A stretch of 62,593 nucleotides of DNA, taken from a bacterium. GTDB lineage: Bacteria; Patescibacteriota; Minisyncoccia; UBA6257; JAGOQP01. The stretch covers positions 1 through 62,593 of the forward strand of contig JAJXYJ010000006.1 of NCBI GenBank assembly GCA_021780615.1, given 5' to 3'. Positions 10,323-19,277 of the stretch are shown here, in pieces; within the stretch, counting starts at the first letter, position 1, and each line of letters starts with the position of its first letter. The position numbers and the translations under genes were made by a program. The notes under the pieces were generated by a model. That model had not been told where the DNA came from and searched no databases. It saw nothing but the letters and a program-made list of their open reading frames with translations.

Positions 10323-10369
10323 AATGGGTGCAAGGTATGTACTGCCTCTGTTTACTATTGGCCTTTATA

Positions 10370-10873
10370 TTATTTTTCAGTATCGCTTGTCTTATGGTAA
10401 ACGTTTTTTTTGATGGGTATGAATGCACGAGTGTGTTTTTGATAAGTATCATATGCAATACCAAACGATTGTTTTAAGGACTGCTCTTCAAGGTATGCCC
10501 ACAGTACCATAATTATAGTGAGCCATGTTGCGCTGACAAACAGTGCTGATAACGGATATATGATAAAAACTCCCCACGCAAGAACAATGTCGGCACTGTA
10601 GAGCGGGTGGCGAACTTTTTCATAGACACCCGATGTGATGAGTCGAGAAATGCGTGATGCGGGAAATGATGCTTCTGTATTGACGCTAATACCTCTGATA
10701 AAAAAATAAATCCAATACACAAAACACATACCGCCTAACAGATACAGCAAAACTGGTGGTTTATATAAAAGAGTTTCATGAAAATCGTCAAAGGCTGCCA
10801 CAACGCCGGCAATGATAATTGCCCACATCAGAAATGGGTGTATCCACACATCAGGATGTAACCGTTTCTTCAT
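10370..10873 (-). CDS. isoprenylcysteine carboxyl methyltransferase (ICMT/PEMT-like) family membrane protein
   Basis: Multi-TM 167-aa ORF with TSGVYEKVRHPLYSADIVLAWG, the RHPxY signature of this family. Confidence 0.7.
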   Translation of the reverse strand: MKKRLHPDVWIHPFLMWAIIIAGVVAAFDDFHETLLYKPPVLLYLLGGMCFVYWIYFFIRGISVNTEASFPASRISRLITSGVYEKVRHPLYSADIVLAWGVFIIYPLSALFVSATWLTIIMVLWAYLEEQSLKQSFGIAYDTYQKHTRAFIPIKKNVYHKTSDTEK

Positions 10874-10935
10874 AGATACATATAGTATACCACATCCACA
10901 CCTTTGTGCATACCTTATAACAAGAGCCTCCTTTG

Positions 10936-12177
10936 TTATTCATAGCGTAGTGCTTCCATGGGGCTTTTGCGTGATGCCTGGCGTGCCGGAAATACACCAA
11001 AAACAAATCCGATAGCGCTCGAGACAGTGACCCCAAGAATAACTCCCACGACGGGAAATATGAATACAAAACTAAGCCCGCCAAAGGTGGTTATCGCCCA
11101 TGCGGCCCCCAGACTCATCAAAATACCCACAAGAATGCCGATAACGCCCCCGCTTATTGTAAGAATGACTGCTTCCATAAGAAATTGTGAAAGAATATTG
11201 CTATTTGTTGCTCCTAATGCTTTACGTAATCCGATTTCTCGGGTACGTTCGGTTACCGATACCAACATAATATTCATAATACCAATGCCTCCCACCAACA
11301 ATGAAATTGCCGCCACCGAGGTAAGAAGGATGGTGAGGATGTTGGTAATGGTGCTGATGGTACCGATGAGATCTTGCTGTGTTTGGGTGAAAAAATCATC
11401 TTTCGTAGGATCGGTGATGTTATGGTTGTTGCGCAAGAGCGTCGTGACATCTTTTTGCACGTTAGGAATATTTGCAACGCTATCTGCCTGGATGATGATG
11501 CGCTGGATGTAGCGGATGCCCAGAATATATTGCTGTGCCGTTGTGTAAGGAACCACAATACTTTCATTCAAATTGACGGCTGCCATCTGCCCCATTTCCG
11601 GCAAGACACCCACCACTCTAAAGCTCTGATCTTTTATTTTTATATTTTGACCGACGGCGGATGAGAAACCGAACAATTGATTAGCAACTAGATTTCCAAT
11701 AACGGCAACTTTTGCTTTTTGCAATACATCATCGGCGCTGAATAATGTTCCTTGGCCTTTGGTCATGTCAACGTTACTGCTGGTAAAAAAATCCTGCGTG
11801 CTTCCCAAAAATGTTCCGTCGTACGATTCTGATCCGTATGTCGCCGTTCCCGGCCCAAACACCATAGGTATGACCAGCTGCGCATCAGGAATGTTTGACT
11901 TTTTCTGCATATCCTCGAAATCCTTGTTTTTAATCGAGTCAACCATCAAATTCCCCCCGCTTTTTAAGCCGCTTTGGCGTCCCGGAATGACATACACATT
12001 TTGCGTTCCTAGGCCTTGTATTTCTCCGACAATAAGATTTTGAGCGCCATCACCTATTGCCATGACCAAAGTGATGGATGCGATGCCGATAACAATACCC
12101 AAGATCGTTAATATCGCCCGCGACTTGTGCGTCGTGACTCCCCGTACTGCCATGGTAATGTTGTCCTGTAATTTCAT
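10936..12177 (-). CDS. ABC transporter permease, MacB/FtsX-like
   Basis: N-terminal TM, large periplasmic domain, C-terminal FtsX-type 3-TM bundle (ERTREIGLRKALGAT). Follows the ATPase gene. Confidence 0.88.
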   Translation of the reverse strand: MKLQDNITMAVRGVTTHKSRAILTILGIVIGIASITLVMAIGDGAQNLIVGEIQGLGTQNVYVIPGRQSGLKSGGNLMVDSIKNKDFEDMQKKSNIPDAQLVIPMVFGPGTATYGSESYDGTFLGSTQDFFTSSNVDMTKGQGTLFSADDVLQKAKVAVIGNLVANQLFGFSSAVGQNIKIKDQSFRVVGVLPEMGQMAAVNLNESIVVPYTTAQQYILGIRYIQRIIIQADSVANIPNVQKDVTTLLRNNHNITDPTKDDFFTQTQQDLIGTISTITNILTILLTSVAAISLLVGGIGIMNIMLVSVTERTREIGLRKALGATNSNILSQFLMEAVILTISGGVIGILVGILMSLGAAWAITTFGGLSFVFIFPVVGVILGVTVSSAIGFVFGVFPARQASRKSPMEALRYE

Positions 12178-12182
12178 GACCG

Positions 12183-12902
12183 TTATTTGTTAAACCCGTC
12201 TTGTGCAATAATGCGGCGGTTTTTTACTTTTTCATCTTTATCCAAAAGTCCGTCCTTGATGTGCAGAATACGTTGAGCCGACTCAGCGACATATGATTCG
12301 TGTGTCACCAACACAATGGTACCCCCTTTGGCATGCAGATTTTGCAAAAATTCCAAAACAACCTCTCCTGATTTTGAATCGAGACTACCCGTCGGTTCGT
12401 CGGCAAATATAACGCGAGGATTGTTGGCCAATGCTCGAGCGATAGCGACGCGTTGTTTCTGACCGCCAGATAATTTTGAAGTATCATACAACATGCGGTC
12501 GCCAAGTCCCACCAGCTCAACCATTTCTTTGGCAATGTGCGTTCGTTTCGGTTCGGTAATGCCTGCATAAATCAACGGGAGTTTGACGTTATCAAGCACG
12601 CTTTGGCGCGCCAATAAGTTGAATGACTGGAATACAAATCCGATTTTGGTATTGCGAATAAATGCCAATTCATCATCGGAATAATTATTCATCTCTTTTC
12701 CTTCAAATAAGTATGTGCCGCCCGTGGGCCTGTCCAAAAAACCAAGCATTTGGGTGAGCGTCGATTTTCCGGATCCCGATGGACCAACAATGGATACAAA
12801 TTCACCTTCGTTAATATCCAAATCAATGCCGCGTACCGCACGGGTTTCAACACCGTCATCTATATATGTTTTTTGCAGATTGCGTACGGAGATGAGAGGC
12901 AT
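12183..12902 (-). CDS. ABC transporter ATP-binding protein (MacB/LolD type)
   Basis: Walker A GPSGSGKST, signature LSGGQKQRVAIARAL, Walker B VIFADEPTGSLD. Confidence 0.93.
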   Translation of the reverse strand: MPLISVRNLQKTYIDDGVETRAVRGIDLDINEGEFVSIVGPSGSGKSTLTQMLGFLDRPTGGTYLFEGKEMNNYSDDELAFIRNTKIGFVFQSFNLLARQSVLDNVKLPLIYAGITEPKRTHIAKEMVELVGLGDRMLYDTSKLSGGQKQRVAIARALANNPRVIFADEPTGSLDSKSGEVVLEFLQNLHAKGGTIVLVTHESYVAESAQRILHIKDGLLDKDEKVKNRRIIAQDGFNK

Positions 12903-12912
12903 GGGTGTGGGG

Positions 12913-13040
12913 AAAAATTTTCAATAATCAATTTTCAATGATCAATGAATTTTTAAATTTTAAAATTAATTAATTGAATAATGTATTGCCTGGAAGGTCC
13001 GCCTTTGGCGGAAAAATTGGAAACTGAAAATTGAAAATTC
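12913..13040. repeat. diverged member of the AT-rich element family, copy C (HlyD|ABC-ATPase spacer)
   Basis: Shares the AATTTTTAAATTTTAAAATTAATTAATTGAATAATGTATTGCCTG arm with copies A and B. Its GC hairpin differs (TCCGCC-TTTG-GCGGA). Confidence 0.5.
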
Positions 13041-13045
13041 TACAT

Positions 13046-14641
13046 CTAGTCGCTCTGGACATACTGCCCTTCCTGGAGTCCGGATACGATTTCAGTGCGC
13101 CCGTCGGATCCTCGCAAGCCGGCGGTAAATTCCGTTTGCGTGCTGGTCGCCGCGTCCTTGTTTGCCATTAATTCGACGTATGTTTTATTGTCTTGGAATA
13201 TGACGTTGCGGGTCGGTACATACAGTACGTTAGTTTTTTGATCACTTTCAATGGTGACGTTGGCGGTCATGCCCGCGAGTATGCGCGAATCTTCCTGGGA
13301 AAACTGAAGGATTGTTTTATATGTTGCCACGCCATCCAGTGTTGTTGCAGACAAATCGACTTGCACCACCTTTGCATCAAATATAACTCCCTGTCCGTAT
13401 GCATCTAGTGTTATGTGAGCGTCCTGTCCTATTTTTATTTTCGCAATATCCGATTCGGCGATATACGTTTCAATCTGATACGCCCCCGATCCGATGAGCG
13501 AGATTGCTGTTACATTAGGCTGAGCAATATCCCCTACATTAAGCGGGATTTTGGTGACCGTTCCGCTAAACGGCGCATATAATGTTCTTTTTGCGAGCTG
13601 TGCCTGATAATAGTGCACCTGCGCCGCGGCCTGATCAACTTGTCCTTGCTGATATTGAATATCTTGCGATGCAGATCCTGCTTGCTTCAAGTCAAGTTGT
13701 TTTTGGGCCGCGCTGATGGCGGTATCGTTTGCTGTTTTTTGAGCGCTGATGGCTTGCTGTTGATTAGTGATATTCGTGAGTGCGGTAATCAATTCTGCTT
13801 TGCCGGTATTAAAGCTTGCCCGATACGTCGCCAATGTTGTCGCATCAAGCGATGATCCGTTTAATGCATCTTGCAGATAAGAAAAAAGTGTCAGGCATGC
13901 ATTGATGTGCGTGCGAGCATGTTCCAGGGCCGCATCTATATCGCTTTGCGAACTTTCTGCGGTGAGCGTCTGCAATTCTTGGCTCCAGGTATTTAATTCG
14001 CTTTGAACGACTGCATATTGGGATCCAGCATCTATTTTTGCCTGCGCTGCGCTGGTATCAAAAGTCACGCGCGGTGTTGCCTGATTGGCGTCAAACATGC
14101 TACTGATTTGGCTTGTTGCTGCATCATTCGCCTTTGTGTATGCATCACGCAACACATTGCGTGCCGCCGCATAATCAGCATCAATACTCGTTTGCGCTTG
14201 CTGCTGTGCATTATCAAGGGCAGTCTGCGCTATGGCAAGATCTTGGGATCGCGTGCCTGCCTGTAGTTGATTTAATTTTGCTTGCTGGGATTCATATTGT
14301 GCCTGTGCTTGTGCCAGTTGAGCCCGCAAGTCACTACTGTCCAAAGCGATGAGCGGGTCTCCTTGGGAAACTTTTTGTCCCAAGGTCACGTATATTTTAG
14401 AAACTCTGCCGCTTTGTTCAAATGCCACATCAAGACTTTGTGTTGGCTTTACAGTGCCGGTAACCGTCACCTCCGATACCACATCACCGCGGGCAATCTG
14501 AAATGATTTTAAAGGCGTTGCTTTTCCTCCGCGGAGTATCATGATTACTATAATGAGCACAAAGATGCTCGAAAACGTGAGCCATTTCCGCTTCATGAGT
14601 ATGCGCCATATTTTTTTAAAAAATCCTTTTTTTTCTTCCAT
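13046..14641 (-). CDS. HlyD/MacA-family efflux periplasmic adaptor with a long Q/A-rich coiled coil
   Basis: N-terminal TM, VSEVTVTGTVKP, a lipoyl-like GDPLIALD motif, a long AQ-rich hairpin region and a beta-barrel C-terminus. First gene of the ABC operon. Confidence 0.85.
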   Translation of the reverse strand: MEEKKGFFKKIWRILMKRKWLTFSSIFVLIIVIMILRGGKATPLKSFQIARGDVVSEVTVTGTVKPTQSLDVAFEQSGRVSKIYVTLGQKVSQGDPLIALDSSDLRAQLAQAQAQYESQQAKLNQLQAGTRSQDLAIAQTALDNAQQQAQTSIDADYAAARNVLRDAYTKANDAATSQISSMFDANQATPRVTFDTSAAQAKIDAGSQYAVVQSELNTWSQELQTLTAESSQSDIDAALEHARTHINACLTLFSYLQDALNGSSLDATTLATYRASFNTGKAELITALTNITNQQQAISAQKTANDTAISAAQKQLDLKQAGSASQDIQYQQGQVDQAAAQVHYYQAQLAKRTLYAPFSGTVTKIPLNVGDIAQPNVTAISLIGSGAYQIETYIAESDIAKIKIGQDAHITLDAYGQGVIFDAKVVQVDLSATTLDGVATYKTILQFSQEDSRILAGMTANVTIESDQKTNVLYVPTRNVIFQDNKTYVELMANKDAATSTQTEFTAGLRGSDGRTEIVSGLQEGQYVQSD

Positions 14642-14645
14642 ATGA

Positions 14646-15089
14646 TTATTTGTGATGACGTGTTATTGCGTGAGTATATATCTTTTGCATAATGTCTGCG
14701 AGTTGTTCTTGTTCGCGAACCGAAAGCTTTTTAAGATTGTCGCGCATTCTTAATTCCATGCCTTTCATATTTTTTTTGAGCATCTCTTTTCCTTTTGTGG
14801 TTGGCATAATGTGCACCAGACGCTTGTCTTGTATGTCCCGTTTTCGCGTCGCAAGACCCAGTTTTGCCAATTCATTTACCATAGCAGTCATTGACGGCAT
14901 GGTAATTTGCAGAATATCTGCGAGCTCTTTTACCGTCGGTTCACCTCGCTCATGAATAAAGTGCAGTACCATTGTTTTGAGGAATGATACCTCCCTAAAG
15001 TTCTGCCGCTGATGTGTCAAAGAGCGCATCAGGGTAAGCGTTTCCACGATGCGATCAATAGCGGTTTTTTTCTTTGCTGTTTTGAGCAT
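14646..15089 (-). CDS. MarR family transcriptional regulator
   Basis: Winged-helix segment TVKELADILQITMPSMTAMVNELAKLGLATRKRDIQDKRLVHI. Start at the ATG at 15089. Confidence 0.85.
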   Translation of the reverse strand: MLKTAKKKTAIDRIVETLTLMRSLTHQRQNFREVSFLKTMVLHFIHERGEPTVKELADILQITMPSMTAMVNELAKLGLATRKRDIQDKRLVHIMPTTKGKEMLKKNMKGMELRMRDNLKKLSVREQEQLADIMQKIYTHAITRHHK

Positions 15090-15148
15090 AATACTTAGAT
15101 AGTCTAAGTATATATATTGGCGATACCATGTCAATATCATTTGTGCAT

Positions 15149-15170
15149 AAAAAATGCACCCGAGGGTGCA
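15149..15170 (-). terminator. intrinsic terminator
   Basis: TGCACCC-TC-GGGTGCA followed by a T6 run on the minus strand, 3 nt after the stop at 15173. Confidence 0.7.
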
Positions 15171-15172
15171 TC

Positions 15173-15460
15173 TTATGAAATAGAACGTTGTTGCAGTGCA
15201 ACAACTTTTTTCTTTATCCTCTTTCTTTCTTTTTCTTTTTTTCTAGTGACTAAAGAAAGTTTTCTATTGAGTGTCAGTTTCCATATATTGAAATGTTCCC
15301 TTTTATCCATAGACTTTTCAAGTAACCCTTTAAGAGCTATGGGGCATTCGCACACAAAACGGAAATTTTCTTTAACATCAGGCAGTCGACAAAATTTTAT
15401 ATTATCAAGCTCACTCATATTGCCTAATGTGTGATACAGATGTGACTGTTGCGTAGTCAT
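15173..15460 (-). CDS. hypothetical small basic protein (start uncertain)
   Basis: 95-aa ORF with its own terminator. No SD before the ATG at 15460. A strong SD (GGAGG, 15493-15497) instead serves a 25-codon ORF (15488-15411) whose TGA overlaps an internal ATG (15418) of this ORF. Confidence 0.45.
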   Translation of the reverse strand: MTTQQSHLYHTLGNMSELDNIKFCRLPDVKENFRFVCECPIALKGLLEKSMDKREHFNIWKLTLNRKLSLVTRKKEKERKRIKKKVVALQQRSIS

Positions 15461-15604
15461 CTAGACATTCTACATAATATTGAGGCATAACCCCTCCTTT
15501 TTTAGTGTTCTAAAATAATTTGTCATCCCATCGTATGCCTATTTTATCACCTCGTCAAACAAAAACTCCCTAGAAAATATCTAAGGAGTTTTTATGTAAA
15601 AATC

Positions 15605-16006
15605 TTATTCAGTTTCTGTGGTAACGCCGTCAAAATGTTCTTCGTGCGCTTCCGCATCTGCCTTAGTTGGGTGCACCGTATCCTTTTGGTGATTGGGTAT
15701 GGAATACACCGTGTAGAGTTTCATCTCATCAGTAGCAGATGTGTTGATGATGTTGTGCCGTGTACCGGCGGGCACCACGATAGCCGATCCATCCTCAAGT
15801 GGATATTCGACGCCGTTCAAGACAGTCTTGCCCGTCCCCTTTTCAATGCGCAAAAATTGATCGAGCCCGTGTACTTCTTCGCCGATATCTTCGCCTGGTT
15901 TTAGGGACATGAGCACTAACTGGCTGTAGTGCGCCGTATAGATGACCTTTCTGAAATTCTCGTTTTCCAGAGAATCCTTTTCAACGTTAGTAACAAATCC
16001 TTTCAT
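15605..16006 (-). CDS. cupin domain protein
   Basis: GEEVHGLDQFLRIEKGTGKTVLNG...VVPAGTRHNIINTS has the two-motif cupin pattern. Confidence 0.8.
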   Translation of the reverse strand: MKGFVTNVEKDSLENENFRKVIYTAHYSQLVLMSLKPGEDIGEEVHGLDQFLRIEKGTGKTVLNGVEYPLEDGSAIVVPAGTRHNIINTSATDEMKLYTVYSIPNHQKDTVHPTKADAEAHEEHFDGVTTETE

Positions 16007-16102
16007 ATGTTTATGTGTTTATGTGATTACTTATATAGAGACGATGCATATCCCAGTATAGCATGTATGGCGCCTCAAAGCATTGTTTCGGCGTATGTGA
16101 AG

Positions 16103-16444
16103 TTATGACAGCATGTTTTTTAAGACGATGGCTTCGTTGTGTTCTTCGTCTTTTGCCGCGTAGAGCAATGTGATGTTCTTTTGTTTCTTCACAATTTCTT
16201 TTAGTTCATTGAATGCCTCTTTGTTCCTTTTTATTTCGGCTCTGTATTTTGTTTTAAACGCCATCCATTTTTTGGGATCATGCCCAAACCACTTTCTCAA
16301 TACGTCAGAGGGGGCAATACCTTTTAACCACAAATCCAAGGCTGCTTTTTCCTTGGAAACACCTCGCGGCCACAGACGATCGACCAAAACTCGAAAACCA
16401 TCACTCTTGTTCGGTTTTTCATAGATGCGTTTAAGGGTAACCAT
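16103..16444 (-). CDS. DUF488 family protein
   Basis: KRIYEKPNKSDGFRVLVDRLWPRGVSKEKAALDLWLKGIAPSDVLRKWFGHDPKKW is the typical DUF488 (YeaO-like) sequence. Confidence 0.8.
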   Translation of the reverse strand: MVTLKRIYEKPNKSDGFRVLVDRLWPRGVSKEKAALDLWLKGIAPSDVLRKWFGHDPKKWMAFKTKYRAEIKRNKEAFNELKEIVKKQKNITLLYAAKDEEHNEAIVLKNMLS

Positions 16445-16548
16445 GGATATATATACTGTACTACAATTTTATAATAAAAATATTTGATACAGAAGCAGGT
16501 GTTAGCATAGTACCTCAAAGGCGGACATGATGTCCGCCTTTGTTTTTT

Positions 16549-16798
16549 ATAACTGGAGGCGTGTATTAAACGAAGTTCGAATGTATTTCGGACAAAATCC
16601 GCAGGATTTTGACGAATGACACGTGCGCCTCGCATTGACCGCTCGCATTCGCTCACGATACCTGCTTTGTGGCTTCGTTTGAGCCTTGTGGTAACTGTAA
16701 AATGCGGATTGTGTTGGGCACAAGTAAATCTATATGTGCTTGCCCCCTCCGCTCTGTGCGCGCGCAAGCCCGCCCGCTACCGCGGGCGGCTCCCTTAC
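16549..16798. other. GC-rich, hairpin-dense noncoding stretch (possible structured RNA or decayed sequence)
   Basis: No credible ORF. Perfect hairpin CAAAATCC-GCA-GGATTTTG (16593-16611), 8-bp GC hairpin 16770-16789, repeated CTCGCATT(G/C). Much more GC-rich than the adjacent 562-aa gene. Confidence 0.3.
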
Positions 16799-18487
16799 TT
16801 AAAGTTTCTTCGGTTCAATTTTCCGTTTTGTTTTAACGTCATTCAAAAATATCTTAGAGCTATCAACATTTCCGCTATAGTAGTACGAGAGCGAGTTTTC
16901 CTCAAAATTGTAGACCATATTCTTTTTCAAAAAATGATCCAGAATTTCACGTCCCTGCTTTTCAAGTAATTCTTTCTTACCTTCTGGCAACTCTGTCGCG
17001 TCATAGAATTCTTGCTTGAAGCCCTGATACAACTTTGGGAAAGCCTCGGCCAATTTTGAGAAAATAGGTATGTGCAAATCCTTTGCTTGTGCCTTGTTTT
17101 GCTCTTCAGAGAAAGCGTAAGAACCGAACACAAAGAAATAAACCAGAATCATCGCTGGGGAATACCCTTTATAGTTAGGCATAATTCCGTCACCAAGAAT
17201 TTTCTTTTTTAACTTTTTAACAAAAGTGGAGTAGGCAATATTTGTCTTAAAACCGTCCTTTTGTATTTCAAGAAAGTGATCATACAACTGATACACTTTC
17301 AATCTAAATATCTCCTCATTTTCGATTTTGTATTTACTTATTGAATTGTGGAAAAGGTCATACAAAAATGTTCCTGTATTTTCTCTTACCTTTTTGCTCT
17401 TGTCCTTTGTTCTAACGCCGCATGTGTAATACCAACCAAACCCTTCGACACGATCTATAAGCATTTCTAATTGTTTTTGGTCATAGCATGATTCAATAAA
17501 CCCTCCGATTTCCTTAAAGAAAATACCGATCAACTCATCATTGAGTTCATAGTTTTTCTGGTAACCATCTTTTAAGCTAACGTGGTTATTTTCCTGATAC
17601 ACTAATCTAAAGTATCTGGTAACTAGAGAAATATAGTTTAATTGACCAACACTGGTTAAGCCATTGAACCCGTACTCTCCAAACAAAACTTGCAATAGCG
17701 AATTATTTTTATCTTTTATCATTGCGTCATCAAGACAAAATAAGCCATTCGGGTAAATCTTTTCTCCTATAAACATATTCAGAAATGAGTCACTATTTTC
17801 TAATGACTTAACCATCAGCCGCTTTAGAAAAAATTCTATATGAGACAAATCCTGCCCGCCTTGTTTTTGCTTTTCTCTATAAAAATCTATAGTGCGCCCA
17901 AAGACAAAATAAGATTCGGAAAAATGTTTGAGAAAAATATCACTAGCAAAATCATTTCTAAATATTTTTTGCACGTCTTTATTACTCAATGAAAGATCGA
18001 GTAAGTTTTCAAACAATTCTATGGATCCTCGAATAATTTGCACTTTGTCTAAATGGGCGTTAGACAAAGTTCCGGCTAAAATATCCTGGAAAATAGCAAT
18101 TTGATTTTTGTTGAGTCGTTCAAGTGGATTAAGAATTACCCATAGGTAAATCGCTATCGCTACACCCATAAAAATTGCACCCCCAATTTCAAAAATGAAT
18201 GGGTATCCAAGAAAAAGTCCGTCTAATTCTCCAAAAAATGCTAAAATTATACTCCCGACAGCGAGCCAAAGGGCCAACTTTCTTTTCCTATAATTCAAGC
18301 TGAACCTTAGCTCTCGTCTGTTTGAAATAAATTCAATAAAAGCAACAACTATGGCAATAGCTGTAATTGCGACGCCTAAATTGTATGAGGAATGGGTCTT
18401 CCAAATCGGATTATCCAAGATGGTGGCAGTAGTGTTACTAGACCATCCCTGTACACTCGTTAGAAATTGATAAAGACATTGATTCAT
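16799..18487 (-). CDS. orphan 562-aa integral membrane protein (about 4 N-terminal TM helices plus one near residue 455)
   Basis: Long uninterrupted ORF, AT-rich. Starts 6 nt after the HNH stop. No motif I can assign. Confidence 0.7.
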   Translation of the reverse strand: MNQCLYQFLTSVQGWSSNTTATILDNPIWKTHSSYNLGVAITAIAIVVAFIEFISNRRELRFSLNYRKRKLALWLAVGSIILAFFGELDGLFLGYPFIFEIGGAIFMGVAIAIYLWVILNPLERLNKNQIAIFQDILAGTLSNAHLDKVQIIRGSIELFENLLDLSLSNKDVQKIFRNDFASDIFLKHFSESYFVFGRTIDFYREKQKQGGQDLSHIEFFLKRLMVKSLENSDSFLNMFIGEKIYPNGLFCLDDAMIKDKNNSLLQVLFGEYGFNGLTSVGQLNYISLVTRYFRLVYQENNHVSLKDGYQKNYELNDELIGIFFKEIGGFIESCYDQKQLEMLIDRVEGFGWYYTCGVRTKDKSKKVRENTGTFLYDLFHNSISKYKIENEEIFRLKVYQLYDHFLEIQKDGFKTNIAYSTFVKKLKKKILGDGIMPNYKGYSPAMILVYFFVFGSYAFSEEQNKAQAKDLHIPIFSKLAEAFPKLYQGFKQEFYDATELPEGKKELLEKQGREILDHFLKKNMVYNFEENSLSYYYSGNVDSSKIFLNDVKTKRKIEPKKL

Positions 18488-18493
18488 TTATTT

Positions 18494-18730
18494 TTATCGA
18501 TTACCTTTTGCCCGATTATGGGTTTTGCACAACATCTCGCAATTCTTTGCCGAAGTAGCACCGCCCTTACTCCATGCTAACACATGGTCAGCTTCCATTT
18601 CGCCAAAACTCCAAATTTTTTCCTTGTTAGAGTCATGCCTAACGGCACAAAGCGAGCAGTTTGATTTTTCTTTAGCTTCTGCTTCTTTAGTTTGTTTTGC
18701 GTTCGCGTATGCACTCAATGTTTTTACCAA
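18494..18730 (-). CDS. stand-alone HNH endonuclease domain protein
   Basis: CSLCAV...EADHVLAWSKGGATSAKNCEMLCKTHNRAKGN is an HNH beta-beta-alpha-Me motif with Cys pairs. No ATG is available (TTG at 18730). An out-of-frame ATG at 18752 precedes an A5 run. Confidence 0.7.
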   Translation of the reverse strand: MVKTLSAYANAKQTKEAEAKEKSNCSLCAVRHDSNKEKIWSFGEMEADHVLAWSKGGATSAKNCEMLCKTHNRAKGNR

Positions 18731-18764
18731 GTTTGGATGCTGAAGTACTCATATCTACATGTGT

Positions 18765-18794
18765 ATTATAACCGAATATTGCATCTTATAACAA
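18765..18794 (-). promoter_or_regulatory. candidate sigma-70 promoter for the HNH/562-aa pair
   Basis: Minus strand TTGTTA-18 nt-TATAAT, about 35 nt upstream of the HNH ORF. Confidence 0.35.
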
Positions 18795-18918
18795 TATTGT
18801 CATATATTACAAATATGCAAATATTAAAGCGCCGGAACCAAAACAAAAAATTTCCTTTTTTCAAATATTCCACCTCGCGCCGACCCTATTTCGACTTTTG
18901 ATTTCGATTTTTAATTTT

Positions 18919-19080
18919 GGCGGAGAGGGCGGAAAGGTTGAATTTGGCCTCGACTAAATTTTTTCCGTCGAAAAAATTTGTCTGGCCACCACCTCATATA
19001 CAATTCTGTTGAATTGTATATATTCCGGTGTTCAAATCCCGATTGGCTCACAAGCAGTTGTGAGCCTCCCCTCTCCGCCA
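18919..19080. repeat. tRNA-Ser-end-derived hairpin-rich element E1
   Basis: Starts with GGCGGAGAGGGCGG (13 nt identical to the complement of the tRNA-Ser 3' end). Ends with the inverted copy CCCTCTCCGCC(A). Contains three perfect 9-11 bp hairpins and a GTTCAAATCC T-loop-like string. Confidence 0.6.
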
Positions 19081-19120
19081 TACATGCAAAAGCCCCTTTA
19101 TAGGGGCGTATTTATTGTAT

Positions 19121-19277
19121 GGCGGAGAGGGCGGGATTTGGCTACAAGTAAATTTTTCTTCCGAAAAATTTCCCGCAGCCCGCCCCTCGCGGCGCTTCTC
19201 GCCATATCGCTCGTCGCGCAGCGCTGCGGTCTTCAAATCCTCCACGTGAGTGAATCAATTCACTCACTCTCTCCGCA
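19121..19277. repeat. tRNA-Ser-end-derived hairpin-rich element E2
   Basis: 19122-19140 is identical to 19312-19330 (19 nt of the tRNA-Ser 3' end, same orientation). The right end CTCTCCGC is its inverted copy. Same AAATTTTT-loop-AAAAATTT hairpin as E1. Confidence 0.6.

Noticed and set aside
16324-16767. 147-aa minus-strand ORF, and the 117-aa plus-strand ORF at 16616..16969
   Set aside because: They span the GC-rich noncoding stretch and overlap real genes (DUF488 and the 562-aa ORF). Their Arg/Cys-rich sequence has no protein-like pattern.
16549-16798. RNase P RNA, tmRNA, SRP RNA, a group II intron domain V or a HEARO-like RNA in the GC-rich stretch
   Set aside because: I found none of the conserved core strings of these families by eye. 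The region is left as unclassified structured noncoding DNA.
18919-19277. E1 and E2 as genuine tRNA, tmRNA or tRNA-Sec genes
   Set aside because: Acceptor-like termini and a T-loop-like string are present. I could not build D, anticodon and T arms in either orientation, and there is no tmRNA tag-ORF or 3' CCA-proximal T arm. They are kept as repeats rather than RNA genes.
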